Assembly (NCBI GenBank): GCA_964544275.1
Contig: CAZIZX010000002.1
Coordinates: 2,056 to 66,055, forward strand
Direction: 5' to 3'
From: an uncultured Gammaproteobacteria bacterium
Lineage (GTDB): Bacteria; Patescibacteriota; Microgenomatia; UBA12405
DNA length: 64,000 nucleotides
Shown: in pieces, positions 38,491 through 47,649 of the stretch
Position numbering within the stretch: position 1 is the first letter of the stretch
Layout of the letters: the number at the start of each line of letters is the position of its first letter
Made by a program: the position numbers and the translations under genes
The notes under the pieces: generated by a model
The model's input: only the letters and a program-made list of their open reading frames with translations
What the model was told of the DNA's origin: nothing
Databases searched by the model: none

Positions 38491-39426
38491 ATGGCTACCG
38501 AAAGAAGATATGGCAGGAGAGATTTTTTGAAGTTGACTGGATTGACTGCGGCCGGGTTAGCGGTTGGGGCGGTAGCGGACAAACTTAAGATAAACAGTGT
38601 GGTTGAGGCGGCATCGGTGGCGGAGGCGTTGCCGGAGAGAATTAGCTGGGAGGAGAATCTACCGTTTGAGGCGTCATTACAGGCAAGTACAAACTGTGCC
38701 ATATTTTCGGCGGCGGAATTGATGAGAATGCATGTGAACAGGTTGAGAGGCGGGTTTCAGCGGGGAAGAGTAAATCAGTATTCAGGTGATCCTGATTCTG
38801 ATTGTGTATTTAATCCCAGTTTCATCAGTGGAATTACAGGGAATGAATACGGTAATTTTAATTTAATTGGCGGGGTTCTGGTTAATCAGGGGATTTGTCG
38901 GAATCATTTGGCCCCAAACCATCTTGAGGTGGGGGTTCCAACAAATCCTCCTTCGGAGGAACAATTAAATGACGCTTTGAATTATCGAGCTACAAGCTTT
39001 GAGACTAGGTTTTACCAAGTTTCTGAAATGGGGGGAGTTATAGATGAGCTAAAAAGAAAGCTAAAAGGAGGACCGATGTTGCTTGCCTTTCCGACTCACC
39101 AACGATCTTTGGAAACAAGAGGCGGAATAGTTCAGAGGTTGCCGGGAGGATTTGAATTCGTGAGTAGTCATGCTTGCCCTCTTTTTGCAATTGACGATAA
39201 TTTTGATACCGGTGATGGAGACAGGGGGGCTTTGGGTTTGTGGTGGAACAGTGGAAGTTTTGATGTGGCAAAAGCCTGGATGCCGTATAAATATTTGACA
39301 GAAGATTTGGCTCAAGTAACTGATCCCGGTTGGTGCCATCTGGTTGATACACTTGTATTAGGGTTTGAGCCTAAGTCAGAATTGCCTAACAAGGTTTATT
39401 TGCCTCATGTAGCAAGAGGGAGTTGA
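38491..39426 (+). CDS. Twin-arginine-signal papain-like (C1) cysteine peptidase homolog
   Basis: RRDFLK signal; LPERISW...LQASTNCAIFS, SHAC....IDD, WWNSG align with C1A Q/C/H/N motifs. Confidence 0.6.
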   Translation: MATERRYGRRDFLKLTGLTAAGLAVGAVADKLKINSVVEAASVAEALPERISWEENLPFEASLQASTNCAIFSAAELMRMHVNRLRGGFQRGRVNQYSGDPDSDCVFNPSFISGITGNEYGNFNLIGGVLVNQGICRNHLAPNHLEVGVPTNPPSEEQLNDALNYRATSFETRFYQVSEMGGVIDELKRKLKGGPMLLAFPTHQRSLETRGGIVQRLPGGFEFVSSHACPLFAIDDNFDTGDGDRGALGLWWNSGSFDVAKAWMPYKYLTEDLAQVTDPGWCHLVDTLVLGFEPKSELPNKVYLPHVARGS

Positions 39427-39458
39427 AAGAAGCGATTGGTTGATGTTTAATAATAAGT

Positions 39459-39884
39459 GTGAAGGTAAATTTGAAATGGTTACTGTTGCTGGGGGCTTTA
39501 GTGTTTGTGAATATTCTGCTGGTAACCAATCTGTTTTTTTTGGATAAAGGGGCTGATGTCAAGGAAAATGTGATAGTAGTTGAAAGCGACAAAGACGGTG
39601 ACGATAACGAGCCATTAACAGTCATCAGCGGGATGATTGATAATATGGCCGGAGGGGGTGGGCTATTTTTTTTGATTAGTGAAGAGGGAGAGTCAGTTTC
39701 AGTGAATATTACTGATGAGACTGAATTGGTTATTGACAGGAATGAACGGAAAGTGGCCGTTTCGTATTTACCGCAGTTTGTGGGCCAGAAGGCAAGGATT
39801 TATTTTGATATTCCATTGGATGCGGCCAGACCTAACGTGGACACATCGGTTAGTGCAAAAAGGATTGTAATTGTTTATGATTAA
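39459..39884 (+). CDS. Hypothetical membrane-anchored protein
   Basis: N-terminal TM followed by a small beta-rich domain. Confidence 0.65.
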   Translation: MKVNLKWLLLLGALVFVNILLVTNLFFLDKGADVKENVIVVESDKDGDDNEPLTVISGMIDNMAGGGGLFFLISEEGESVSVNITDETELVIDRNERKVAVSYLPQFVGQKARIYFDIPLDAARPNVDTSVSAKRIVIVYD

Positions 39885-42816
39885 AACAATGAAGAAATGG
39901 TTTCGGGTGGTGCTATTGGTGGTAGTTTGTTTTGCCGTTTTGCCAAAAATTACATTGGCTCAGCAATCGCTGGTGTGTGAGCCGGTGGGTGATAGGTGGA
40001 ATACGGACAGCATCAGGATAACAAATTATAAAAATCATGCGACATCTGTTGCGTTTATGCAGCATGTTTGTGACAATGAGGGCCAGTTTGTGAGTGAGGG
40101 CCCTTATGCGGGAGAGTGTCAACTACAACATAGCGGAAGTAACCCCAAAACGTATCATTTTTCCGTCTGTTTGAACCCGGGTGAAAGTCGGGTAGTAACA
40201 TTGCCAGTAATATCGGGTAAGGTGGCGACGTTTAAAGCTTATGAGCACAGGTCAGAGTGTGAGAGATATGGTGATACATATTGTGGGTGTTATCAGACCA
40301 ATAGAACGGCTTTATGGGATAGGTGGTATGATTATAATGGCAATTATTATCAGGGTAAGATTACGACAAAAAAGTGGGGAACAGTGTCAAACTATGTACC
40401 GATAGGGTGTGATAATAGTCAGGTATTTATGAGCAGTAACACACCGGTTCGATTAGGGGAGAATATTACTTTTTCTATAAGTGGGTGTACCGGCTACAAC
40501 TGGTTGGGGGATACTTTCACTGGAGGAATTTCAGATACAAGCGGGGTGCCATGGAACGCAACAACCAGCAGGCAAACGACCAGTGCGGGAAATTTTAGTT
40601 GGACGCATTCGTGGAAAGAATGCCGACCTGTACACACTGACAGTGGAGGTTTGCCGGCTGGTTGTAACAATTGTGCCAAAACTTTGAATTATACTATTAG
40701 CAATGCTGTTAATGACCCTAAAAGGTGTTCCGTTTCAGTAAGCAGCAGCACGATGGCATCGGGCGGGTCGACAGTAGTAACGGTGTCGGGGACAGGAAAT
40801 CTATTAGGGGAGCCGGTAAGGTTGTTTGTCGAAAAGAGTGACGGGAGTTTGGTGCCGGGTTTGGGGACAGCGTATCAGTCGGCCGAGGGGAATTATTACC
40901 ATGAGCTAGGCACGTGTACCTATAGCCAGACAGGTGTACCCTGCACGATTACAAGGACAGTGAGCAATTTACCTTTGGGGACTTATTATACTCATTGTGA
41001 TTTGCCTACCAACCCGCCGAACCCAGGCCCGTTGGCGTTAAGGTGTTCGGGAAACCCATTCTGTCCGCCGCCTCCGGGAATAGGACTGGTTGGAATGGTA
41101 ACCAGGGACAACTGTGATGGGTGGTTGAGTTGTAGTGCTGACGATGTGAAGAGCTTTAGCGTGGTAAACAGTGTTCCCAGCACTGTCGCTTTCCGAATTC
41201 AGAGACCCAGTACGGGGACAGTGGTACCAGCAGAGGGTTCTGGTAATAATCATGTTTGCCAACAGGAAGAATTTATTGATGGCAGTGGAAATGAGAGAAG
41301 AATGCGTTTGGCGGTGGATGCCAGTGATGCTGATGGGGCAAATAATATTTCTCAAGTAGAAGTGAGGATGGTAGCGGGTAGTTATTCGGTGACACTGGTG
41401 GGGACGGTGAGCGGTAGTAATATGAGTATTGGGATAAATAATGTTAGTGCACCGGGGGTGACAACTTATGGAGCGGGGATTGTGGAGAATATAAATACGA
41501 CGACGAGGAGATTCATATTTCCAATTCAATATGCTGAGGTTATGGCTAATAGAACATATGCAATCAGTTATAGGGTAAAGGATATTAACAATGCCTGGAG
41601 TAATGGTGGAAGCTGGACTTCTTCGGGGAGGAATATGAAGGTGTGGGACTGTAATGTGCCGGTTAGTGGGTCTTTGTATGATCAGGCGGGAGCAGAGGGC
41701 GTTTGTCCTAATTCAAACTTATATACAAATTTATTTGCAACCAGCTATGCATTAACGTATCAGGGAATTGGGACTCCGAGTAAATTAATGAATGTGACAG
41801 CGACGGCCAATCCGCAATATACTTCGGAAAGCAACCCACTTAAGTGGGGAAAACAATATCAAGCTGTTTTTGGTTCAATTGAAGGATCGCCGCCGACAGG
41901 TCCTCGTTTTGATGATCTGGGGAGAGTTGGAGAAAATATTCCGTGTAATATGACTTTTACCATAAACAATTCTGTAGTTGATCCTTATTCTGCCAATACT
42001 TCGTTGCGAGTGGATTATTCGTCTTTGAGAAATCAGCCACCATGGTATCAAGTAGAAGGAGGAGGGGTGGCTGGGGTGGGTGGTGTGGTTAGTAAGGTGC
42101 CAGTGACTTGTATCGGTTTATCGTGTACGCCTTATTTTAGTGTAAGCACGGCAAATTGTAGTAGTGGTTTGGTGGCGGGACAACCTTTGTCCGGGGCGGT
42201 TGCCGGCAGGACTTATTATAGTCAGACGAGTAACTGGCACGTTTCAGAAAAAGATGTGGTTGACGGGTCGTACGGTTATGATTTTTTCCACAGTCGCTAC
42301 CATGTGAGGATGGGAAAGGGTGTGGTAATTTCAGGTAATGCGAAAACCAGTGAAGTGTTTGGTTTAATTTCGATGGATACGATGGCCCTGCAATCGTTTG
42401 CAATGTTGGGTGGTACGGTTCAGATGGAAGTACAGGGTGATGGTACGAGTCAGGCGGTGGCAAGTGAGATTGTGTTTGTAGACGGGGATTTGATAATTGA
42501 TCATGATGTCGATTTGCCCGATGGCAGGTTCATTTTGATAGTGGTAAAGGGAAATATTACTATTGAACCAATTGTAACCAAAGTGGAGGGGGTGTATATA
42601 ACGGATTCGACAATTAGTGCCGGAGGAACTAATAATACTCAATTGATTATTGAGGGAATATTATTAGCTAAAGGAGGAGTGGGTATAAATCGGGGTTACG
42701 GTAATCCTGTGTCAAACAATACCTCGCCGGCAGTAGTGGTAAGGTACAATCCGATGTATGTATTTGGAATGTCTAAAGACATTAAAGAAGCGGTGTCCTG
42801 GTATTATGGGGATTAA
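39877..42816 (+). CDS. Large Cys-rich secreted protein, putative adhesin or pilus-associated
   Basis: Signal peptide, many Cys pairs, C-terminal PWYQV.GG...VDGDL.I...VKGNITI...VEGVYI...RYNP beta-solenoid-like region. Confidence 0.65.
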   Translation: MIKTMKKWFRVVLLVVVCFAVLPKITLAQQSLVCEPVGDRWNTDSIRITNYKNHATSVAFMQHVCDNEGQFVSEGPYAGECQLQHSGSNPKTYHFSVCLNPGESRVVTLPVISGKVATFKAYEHRSECERYGDTYCGCYQTNRTALWDRWYDYNGNYYQGKITTKKWGTVSNYVPIGCDNSQVFMSSNTPVRLGENITFSISGCTGYNWLGDTFTGGISDTSGVPWNATTSRQTTSAGNFSWTHSWKECRPVHTDSGGLPAGCNNCAKTLNYTISNAVNDPKRCSVSVSSSTMASGGSTVVTVSGTGNLLGEPVRLFVEKSDGSLVPGLGTAYQSAEGNYYHELGTCTYSQTGVPCTITRTVSNLPLGTYYTHCDLPTNPPNPGPLALRCSGNPFCPPPPGIGLVGMVTRDNCDGWLSCSADDVKSFSVVNSVPSTVAFRIQRPSTGTVVPAEGSGNNHVCQQEEFIDGSGNERRMRLAVDASDADGANNISQVEVRMVAGSYSVTLVGTVSGSNMSIGINNVSAPGVTTYGAGIVENINTTTRRFIFPIQYAEVMANRTYAISYRVKDINNAWSNGGSWTSSGRNMKVWDCNVPVSGSLYDQAGAEGVCPNSNLYTNLFATSYALTYQGIGTPSKLMNVTATANPQYTSESNPLKWGKQYQAVFGSIEGSPPTGPRFDDLGRVGENIPCNMTFTINNSVVDPYSANTSLRVDYSSLRNQPPWYQVEGGGVAGVGGVVSKVPVTCIGLSCTPYFSVSTANCSSGLVAGQPLSGAVAGRTYYSQTSNWHVSEKDVVDGSYGYDFFHSRYHVRMGKGVVISGNAKTSEVFGLISMDTMALQSFAMLGGTVQMEVQGDGTSQAVASEIVFVDGDLIIDHDVDLPDGRFILIVVKGNITIEPIVTKVEGVYITDSTISAGGTNNTQLIIEGILLAKGGVGINRGYGNPVSNNTSPAVVVRYNPMYVFGMSKDIKEAVSWYYGD

Positions 42817-42845
42817 AAAAATATTTATTTGAGGAGATTGAAAGT

Positions 42846-43850
42846 ATGAAACCAGTAATAATTTGCGGGGGGATCGGCTCCAAAATGTGGCCGGTGAGCC
42901 GGAGCAGTTGTCCAAAGCATTTTGCCAAATTGTTGGGAGATAAGTCGTTGTTTGAAATAAATTATGAGGCATTGAGATTAAGGTTTCAGCCGGAAGAGAT
43001 TTTTGTCCAGACCAATCAGGAGCAGGCTTTGATGGCTCAGAATCTGGTGCCGGAAATACCAAAAGAGAATTACTTTGTTGAACCGGAGATGAGGAATCAA
43101 GGGCCGGCTACTGGTTTTGCGGCAGCTATGCTTTTTGAAAAATATCCGGATGAACCGTTTATGCTGGTACAAGCGGATGTATTGCGGGAACCACCGGAAA
43201 AATTTATCGAAATGGTGGAACTGTTTGATAGTACGATTAGAAGAGAGGGCAGATTGATGACAGCCGGGTTAAAACCGGATTTTGCGGTGATGGGAGTTGA
43301 TTATTTAGTGGTTGATCCGCAGACCCATCGGATGCAGCAGTGGTTGGGCAGAGGGGAAAAGGAAGTAATTGAAGGATACTTGAAGGATGGTGAGGCTTTG
43401 ATTCATACTAATCACTATGCGTGGACGCCGAGGAAGTTGTTGGAGTGCTTGAAGGGAAGGAAGCCGGAATGGTATGAACCATTAATGAGTATTATTAATG
43501 GGGGTAACGTGGCCGAGGAGTATGCCAAGATGCCGAAAGGTCCAATTGAGGAAATTACGCAATTTGAACTAATGGAAGGATTGGTAATAGAACTGCCGTT
43601 TGTATGGAGGGACTTTGGGACTTGGGAGTCGTTGGCCTCTTACTTGGGCGACAAACCGGCTAACATGGAAATTGAGAGCAAAAACAATTTTGTCTGGCCG
43701 AGCAAGAGATATATTGCCACTATCGGGGTAGAGGATTTGGTGATTGTGGATACACCTGATGCTTTGTTGGTGATGAAAAAAGACCAAAGTGGTAAGGTGG
43801 GAGGAGTGGTGGATAAGTTAAAGGAGGAAGGTAGGGCTGAGTTGTTGTAA
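42846..43850 (+). CDS. manC: Mannose-1-phosphate guanylyltransferase-like sugar-phosphate nucleotidyltransferase
   Basis: CGGIGSKMWPVSR...PK, EP..RN.GPA, W.DFGTW, IGVEDLVIVDTPDALLV. Confidence 0.85.
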   Translation: MKPVIICGGIGSKMWPVSRSSCPKHFAKLLGDKSLFEINYEALRLRFQPEEIFVQTNQEQALMAQNLVPEIPKENYFVEPEMRNQGPATGFAAAMLFEKYPDEPFMLVQADVLREPPEKFIEMVELFDSTIRREGRLMTAGLKPDFAVMGVDYLVVDPQTHRMQQWLGRGEKEVIEGYLKDGEALIHTNHYAWTPRKLLECLKGRKPEWYEPLMSIINGGNVAEEYAKMPKGPIEEITQFELMEGLVIELPFVWRDFGTWESLASYLGDKPANMEIESKNNFVWPSKRYIATIGVEDLVIVDTPDALLVMKKDQSGKVGGVVDKLKEEGRAELL

Positions 43851-43884
43851 ATAAAGGGTGGGAGGAGATGGAGTAGAATAAGGT

Positions 43885-44964
43885 ATGGGAGAGTTGGGAG
43901 ATAAATTTAGAGAACATTTGACTCCTGAGGGGATGCGGGAGTTGTGGGGCAAGCGGAAAGAGTGGGGAAGGATAGTGGGAGAGGTAAAAAGAGGGATTTT
44001 GGGAAAGGAGATGAGAATTGGTGATTTGGGTAGAATTACTCTGGAAACAGAGGAGATGAGAGATTTGGCGGAAGAAAGAGGGAAGGAGATGGTTGGCCCG
44101 ATTTCGGTTGAATTGGGTGAGGGATGGTTGGGAGTAGTGGCGATGGTGCCGTTGCCAAAGGGGAACCAGGTATCGTTACTGATACCGGAGCAAGCCAGAA
44201 ATGCCGAGAGAAGCACGTTTGCCAAGGTGGCGGCTTACAACATCAACAATTTACCTTGGGGAAGTTGGGTGGTGAGAGGGCCGACGTCCAGTTCTGGCGG
44301 GACAAGAAGAGCTTTTTTCAATAATGGGGCGGTTATATTTGGAGAGGGAGGGGAAGTCAGGGAGACCGAGAAGGATTTGGCGCCGATGAAGGGGGCGGTA
44401 GCGGTAGGTTTTGATGATAAGGAGGGCAGGAGAGGGCGGTTGAAGTTGTTGAGTCCGGCAGAGGTGGTGGCGGCGGTTAGTCAGGGGCGAAGAGAAGAGT
44501 ATGGGAATGGTGGGGTGATGGTGGGAGTGTCAACTTATTTTGAGGTAAGACCGGGTGAGCGAGAGAGAACAGAGAAAACAGTGATAGATATCATGGCCAG
44601 AAATGGTTACGATGCCACCAGTAATACTATCCTGGGTTTTTTTATGGAGGTGGGTGAGGAGATGTTTTATGGAAATAGTTGGGTAGTAGTGAACGAGACA
44701 AAGGAGGAATGGGTGCGAGAGTACTATCGGAGAGGGGGAAGAGAGGAGTTGCCGATGGATACAGATAAAAAGGGTGCGGGGGAAATTTATTTTTCAAAGA
44801 AGATGAAGATGATGGCAATGGTTCAGTCGGTCTGGGCTCTGGCGGCGATAAAAGCAGAAGAAAGCGGCATGAGGACCAGAGTAGCTTTTATGGAGGAACA
44901 AGGTTCGGCAAAACTGATGAAAGAAGACAGTTTGACTAATTTACTGCCAGATTGGGTGATGTAA
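43885..44964 (+). CDS. Hypothetical protein
   Basis: 359-aa open frame with host-like skew and TAGAAT 5 nt upstream; no recognised motif. Confidence 0.65.
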   Translation: MGELGDKFREHLTPEGMRELWGKRKEWGRIVGEVKRGILGKEMRIGDLGRITLETEEMRDLAEERGKEMVGPISVELGEGWLGVVAMVPLPKGNQVSLLIPEQARNAERSTFAKVAAYNINNLPWGSWVVRGPTSSSGGTRRAFFNNGAVIFGEGGEVRETEKDLAPMKGAVAVGFDDKEGRRGRLKLLSPAEVVAAVSQGRREEYGNGGVMVGVSTYFEVRPGERERTEKTVIDIMARNGYDATSNTILGFFMEVGEEMFYGNSWVVVNETKEEWVREYYRRGGREELPMDTDKKGAGEIYFSKKMKMMAMVQSVWALAAIKAEESGMRTRVAFMEEQGSAKLMKEDSLTNLLPDWVM

Positions 44965-44973
44965 AATGGGGTA

Positions 44974-46473
44974 ATGAAAACCGGATTTGATACGCAAGCT
45001 TATCTGAAGGCTCAGAAGATTGCGGTGGAAGAAAGACTAGAAAAGTTTTCGGGAAGGTTATATCTGGAATTTGGAGGAAAACTGATGGATGATTTCCATG
45101 CGTCCAGGACTTTGCCTGGATATGATCCGAATGCCAAGTTGACATTGTTGAAGAGCTTAAAGCGAAATTTGGGGGTAATTTATTGTATATCGGCTAAACA
45201 ACTGGCTGATGGGAAATTAAGAGGTGATTGGGGACAGGGTTATGATGAGGCAACTATAAGGGCGATAAAGGGGTTGATGGAAGAGGGGATTGAGGTGGAA
45301 GGTGTGGCGATTAATCGGTATGAGGGAGAGAGGGAGGCAGATATTTTCCAAAGGAGACTGAGGCAGATGGGGATGAAGGTATTTAAGCGAAAGGAAATTA
45401 GAGGGTATCCTAAGAGAATTAAATATATTTTGAACGACAAGGGTTTTGGATCGGATGAATATTTGACACCAAAAAATAAATTGGTGGTGGTATGGGGAGC
45501 AGGTCCGGGGTCGGGAAAGTTATCAACTTGTCTGGGGCAGATATATCACGAAGAAAGAATGGGCTTGAATTCCGGGTATGCCAAATTTGAAACGTTTCCG
45601 GTTTGGGATTTACCTTTGGAGCACCCGGTAAACATAGCCTATGAAGCAGCCACGGCGGATTTAGGGGATTATAACGTGATTGATAAATTTCACCGACAGG
45701 CCGGTAAGGGAGAGGCAGTTAATTACAACCGGGATATCGAATCATTTCCAATTATTAAAGGAATATTTGAAAAGTTAATGAGCAAGGGTAATTTTGCCAG
45801 AAATTATGAGTCGCCGACAGATATGGGATTTAATCGATTGTCGGCAGGGATTGTAGATGATGAGGTGATAAGGGAAGCGGCCAGAAAGGAAATAAATTAT
45901 TATGTTTTTCGGTACAGGGAGGAATATAAAAAGGGGTTGGTGGAAAAGGATACACTGGATAGGATGGAAAATATATTAAAAAGGGTGGGGGTAAAAGAGG
46001 ATTATTTGAAAACTGTAAGTATGGCTAGGTTGGCCAGAGCTGAGGTGGCCAGGAGAAAAGATAAAGGAAGCATGGGAATAAATTGTGGAGCAGCAATTGA
46101 GCTGGAAACGGGAGAGGTAGTTACGGGAAAGAACTCGCCTTTGTTGCATGCTGAGGCGGCGGCAGTGCTGAACGCGGTTAAGGTGATAGCCGGGATAGAG
46201 GATCAATTTGAACTGATATCACCGTCGGTAATTAAGGAGGTGAATTTGTTGAATAAAAGATTGGGAGACAAATCATGTTCGCTGGATTGTGCCGAGATGA
46301 TGTTGGCTTGGGCAATATCAGCCCGAGATAACCCACTGGCGCGGAAGGGTTTGAGATATTTGGGGAAATTAAAAAGTTGCTTTATGCATACGACCCATCA
46401 GCCGTCAGCGGCAGATTGTAACTTGTTCCGAAAATTGGGGATGTGGGTATCGACGGATGGGTTGATTGCCTGA
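44974..46473 (+). CDS. DUF1846 (UPF0371) P-loop protein
   Basis: LYLEFGGKL.DD.HASR.LPG, GPGSGKL.TCL.Q, GYAKFETFPVW.LPL.HPVN.AYEAATADL. Confidence 0.9.
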   Translation: MKTGFDTQAYLKAQKIAVEERLEKFSGRLYLEFGGKLMDDFHASRTLPGYDPNAKLTLLKSLKRNLGVIYCISAKQLADGKLRGDWGQGYDEATIRAIKGLMEEGIEVEGVAINRYEGEREADIFQRRLRQMGMKVFKRKEIRGYPKRIKYILNDKGFGSDEYLTPKNKLVVVWGAGPGSGKLSTCLGQIYHEERMGLNSGYAKFETFPVWDLPLEHPVNIAYEAATADLGDYNVIDKFHRQAGKGEAVNYNRDIESFPIIKGIFEKLMSKGNFARNYESPTDMGFNRLSAGIVDDEVIREAARKEINYYVFRYREEYKKGLVEKDTLDRMENILKRVGVKEDYLKTVSMARLARAEVARRKDKGSMGINCGAAIELETGEVVTGKNSPLLHAEAAAVLNAVKVIAGIEDQFELISPSVIKEVNLLNKRLGDKSCSLDCAEMMLAWAISARDNPLARKGLRYLGKLKSCFMHTTHQPSAADCNLFRKLGMWVSTDGLIA

Positions 46474-46495
46474 AGTGGGTGAGGGGGTGATGATT

Positions 46496-46523
46496 AAACC
46501 CCCTCTGGATGAAGGGGGTTTTT
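46496..46523. terminator. Intrinsic terminator between the convergent DUF1846 and rplL genes
   Basis: AAACCCCCT-ctggatga-AGGGGGTTT followed by TT. Confidence 0.8.
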
Positions 46524-46542
46524 GGGTCAAACGGAAAGAAAT

Positions 46543-46950
46543 TTACTTGAGATCGACTTGGGCACCGGCTTCGGTGATTTTGGCTTTGGCGTTTTCAGCC
46601 TCTTCCTTTTTCATAGTACCGAGGGAAGCAGGAACGGCATCAACCATGTCTTTGGCTTCTTTGAGACCCAGTTCAGGTTTAAATTCGCGGACAGCCTTGA
46701 TGACGGCGATTTTGTTGGCGCCGGCATTGGTGATGACAACTTCAAACTCATTTTTTTCCTCGACCGGAGCAGCGGCTTCACCGGCGGCTGATACACTACC
46801 AGCGGCGGCTACAGGAGCAGCAGCAAGCGCTTGGACATCGAATTTTTCTTCTAAAGCTTTGACTAAATCTGAAAGCTCAAGAACTGAGAGCTCAGAAACA
46901 GAATCGATGATTTTCTGTAATTTATCTGAGACTTGGGTTGTTTCTGACAT
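46543..46950 (-). CDS. rplL: 50S ribosomal protein L7/L12
   Basis: [32 protein letters not shown]. Confidence 0.97.
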   Translation of the reverse strand: MSETTQVSDKLQKIIDSVSELSVLELSDLVKALEEKFDVQALAAAPVAAAGSVSAAGEAAAPVEEKNEFEVVITNAGANKIAVIKAVREFKPELGLKEAKDMVDAVPASLGTMKKEEAENAKAKITEAGAQVDLK

Positions 46951-46974
46951 AATTTTTTTAGTTTTAATAAATAA

Positions 46975-47493
46975 TTAATTAGTTTGATCTTTGGCGGCGA
47001 TAGCTTTGAGGACTAGAGTGAGGCGGGTTTGGTTGTACCTGAGAGAGTAAACAAGACGTTGAAGGGGGTTTTTGAGGCCACCAACAAATTGGGCAAAAAG
47101 GGTGGATTTGGACGGGAGGGTGAGAAATTTTTTGATTTCTTCAACAGAGAGAAGTTTGTGGTCAAAAATTCCAAATTTAAATTGGGTCAGTTCTTTTTCC
47201 TGGTTGATTTTGTCGATTTCTTTGAGAGGAGCGATTTCGTCGTCAAGACAGTAGGTGATGGAGGTGGGTCCGGTCAATTTTTCCGGGAGTTCGATTTTGA
47301 GACTTTGGAGGGCGCGGGAAATAAGGGTGTTTTTGACAACCTCCATCTGGCCACCGGCCTGTTTGATGTTGTCACGGAGGGTGGCGATATCTCCAGCGCT
47401 TAAGCCCTGGTATTGAATTAAGGCAGCCGATTTTGATTGACTGATTTTGTCTGCAATTTGTTTGACCTGGTCAATTTTTTGTTGAGTAGGCAT
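46975..47493 (-). CDS. rplJ: 50S ribosomal protein L10
   Basis: Y.GL...I..LR, VVKNTL, L.GPT, LPS. Confidence 0.95.
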   Translation of the reverse strand: MPTQQKIDQVKQIADKISQSKSAALIQYQGLSAGDIATLRDNIKQAGGQMEVVKNTLISRALQSLKIELPEKLTGPTSITYCLDDEIAPLKEIDKINQEKELTQFKFGIFDHKLLSVEEIKKFLTLPSKSTLFAQFVGGLKNPLQRLVYSLRYNQTRLTLVLKAIAAKDQTN

Positions 47494-47505
47494 ATTTTTT
47501 GAATT

Positions 47506-47605
47506 AAAAAACCTCGCCTGAAGGAGCGAGGTGTAAATAACAATTTAGCTGTATTTGCCTCGGTAGGTAGCTTCGACCCAGTGGGTACCTACGGTCTTCG
47601 GTTAA
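47506..47605 (-). promoter_or_regulatory. Ribosomal protein L10 leader with attenuator hairpin
   Basis: CCGAAGACCGTAGGT...ACCTACCGAGG core upstream of rplJ, then ACCTCGC-tccttcag-GCGAGGT followed by a T run. Confidence 0.85.
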
Positions 47606-47649
47606 AGGATAGGGAGATTATACAGACAAACGGGAAAAGTATCAAGACC

